Assembly: GCF_026571515.1 (NCBI RefSeq)
Contig: NW_026859790.1
Span: 186,001 to 250,000 of the forward strand
Direction of reading: 5' to 3'
Source: Ruditapes philippinarum
Lineage: Eukaryota
Length of the DNA stretch: 64,000 nucleotides
Positions 63,667 through 64,000 of the stretch are shown in pieces (the first letter of the stretch is position 1; each line of letters begins with the position of its first letter). The translations under genes were made by a program, and so were the position numbers. Under the pieces are notes generated by a model, which ran no database searches, had not been told where the DNA came from, and saw only the letters and a list, made by a program, of their open reading frames with translations.

Positions 63667-64000
63667 CTGAAATCATGGTAATAATCCTGATTATTCTCAC
63701 AGTATAACTTTGATATACCTATAAAGATTTCCAGGATTCCCATCTTATAAACAACATGTTTTTACAGAAACTGCGATTGATTTAAGCAAGAAGTACACAA
63801 AAAGAAATGGTGCTGAAATACACATTCACTTACAATTAAAAGTAATAATAGTATCTCAAAACCTGCTTCCCACTGCAGCAAAAAATCAACAAGAATCAAG
63901 TGAACCTGTGTTGTTTTTATATGCCTTATAACCTGCCTTGATCCTAAGATAATATTTAGCTGTAGAAGTTTCATTTACTATAATACATCATCCCATTGGG

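Noticed and set aside
63762-63974. Minus-strand 70-aa ORF as a further MED17 exon
   Set aside because: The translation does not resemble the expected upstream MED17 sequence; it is probably intronic.

Overview
AT-rich, intron-containing animal DNA. The repeat families and a spiralian-type TALE gene suggest a bivalve mollusc, which is an inference. Genes reconstructed by hand from splice sites, in order: last exon of TRIM9/67 (+); RSPH4/6 radial spoke head (-, 9 exons), head-to-head with Salvador/SAV1 (+, 7 coding exons, unusual ~300-aa polyQ tail ending ETKV); a complete two-exon TALE-class homeobox gene (SPILE-like) nested antisense in SAV1 coding intron 3; a CCDC42/CFAP73-family gene (-), head-to-head with two tandem countin-like saposin genes (+; the second has a stop/frameshift that may be a sequencing error); and the 3' part of MED17 (-). 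Repeats include Helentron/HINE-like elements with internal satellites, palindromic MITEs, a hAT-like element with an 8-bp TSD, tRNA-derived SINEs and minisatellites. The most notable system is the nested homeobox gene. It has its own CCAAT-rich promoter, a KEN box plus DSGYNS degron set, and a CPE/Pumilio-type 3' UTR, which together suggest a maternal, cell-cycle-timed regulator inside a Hippo-pathway gene. Also notable are a TSD-flanked mini-insertion carrying a minimal hammerhead ribozyme and a multi-template insertion scar. No CRISPR, rRNA or genuine tRNA genes were found.
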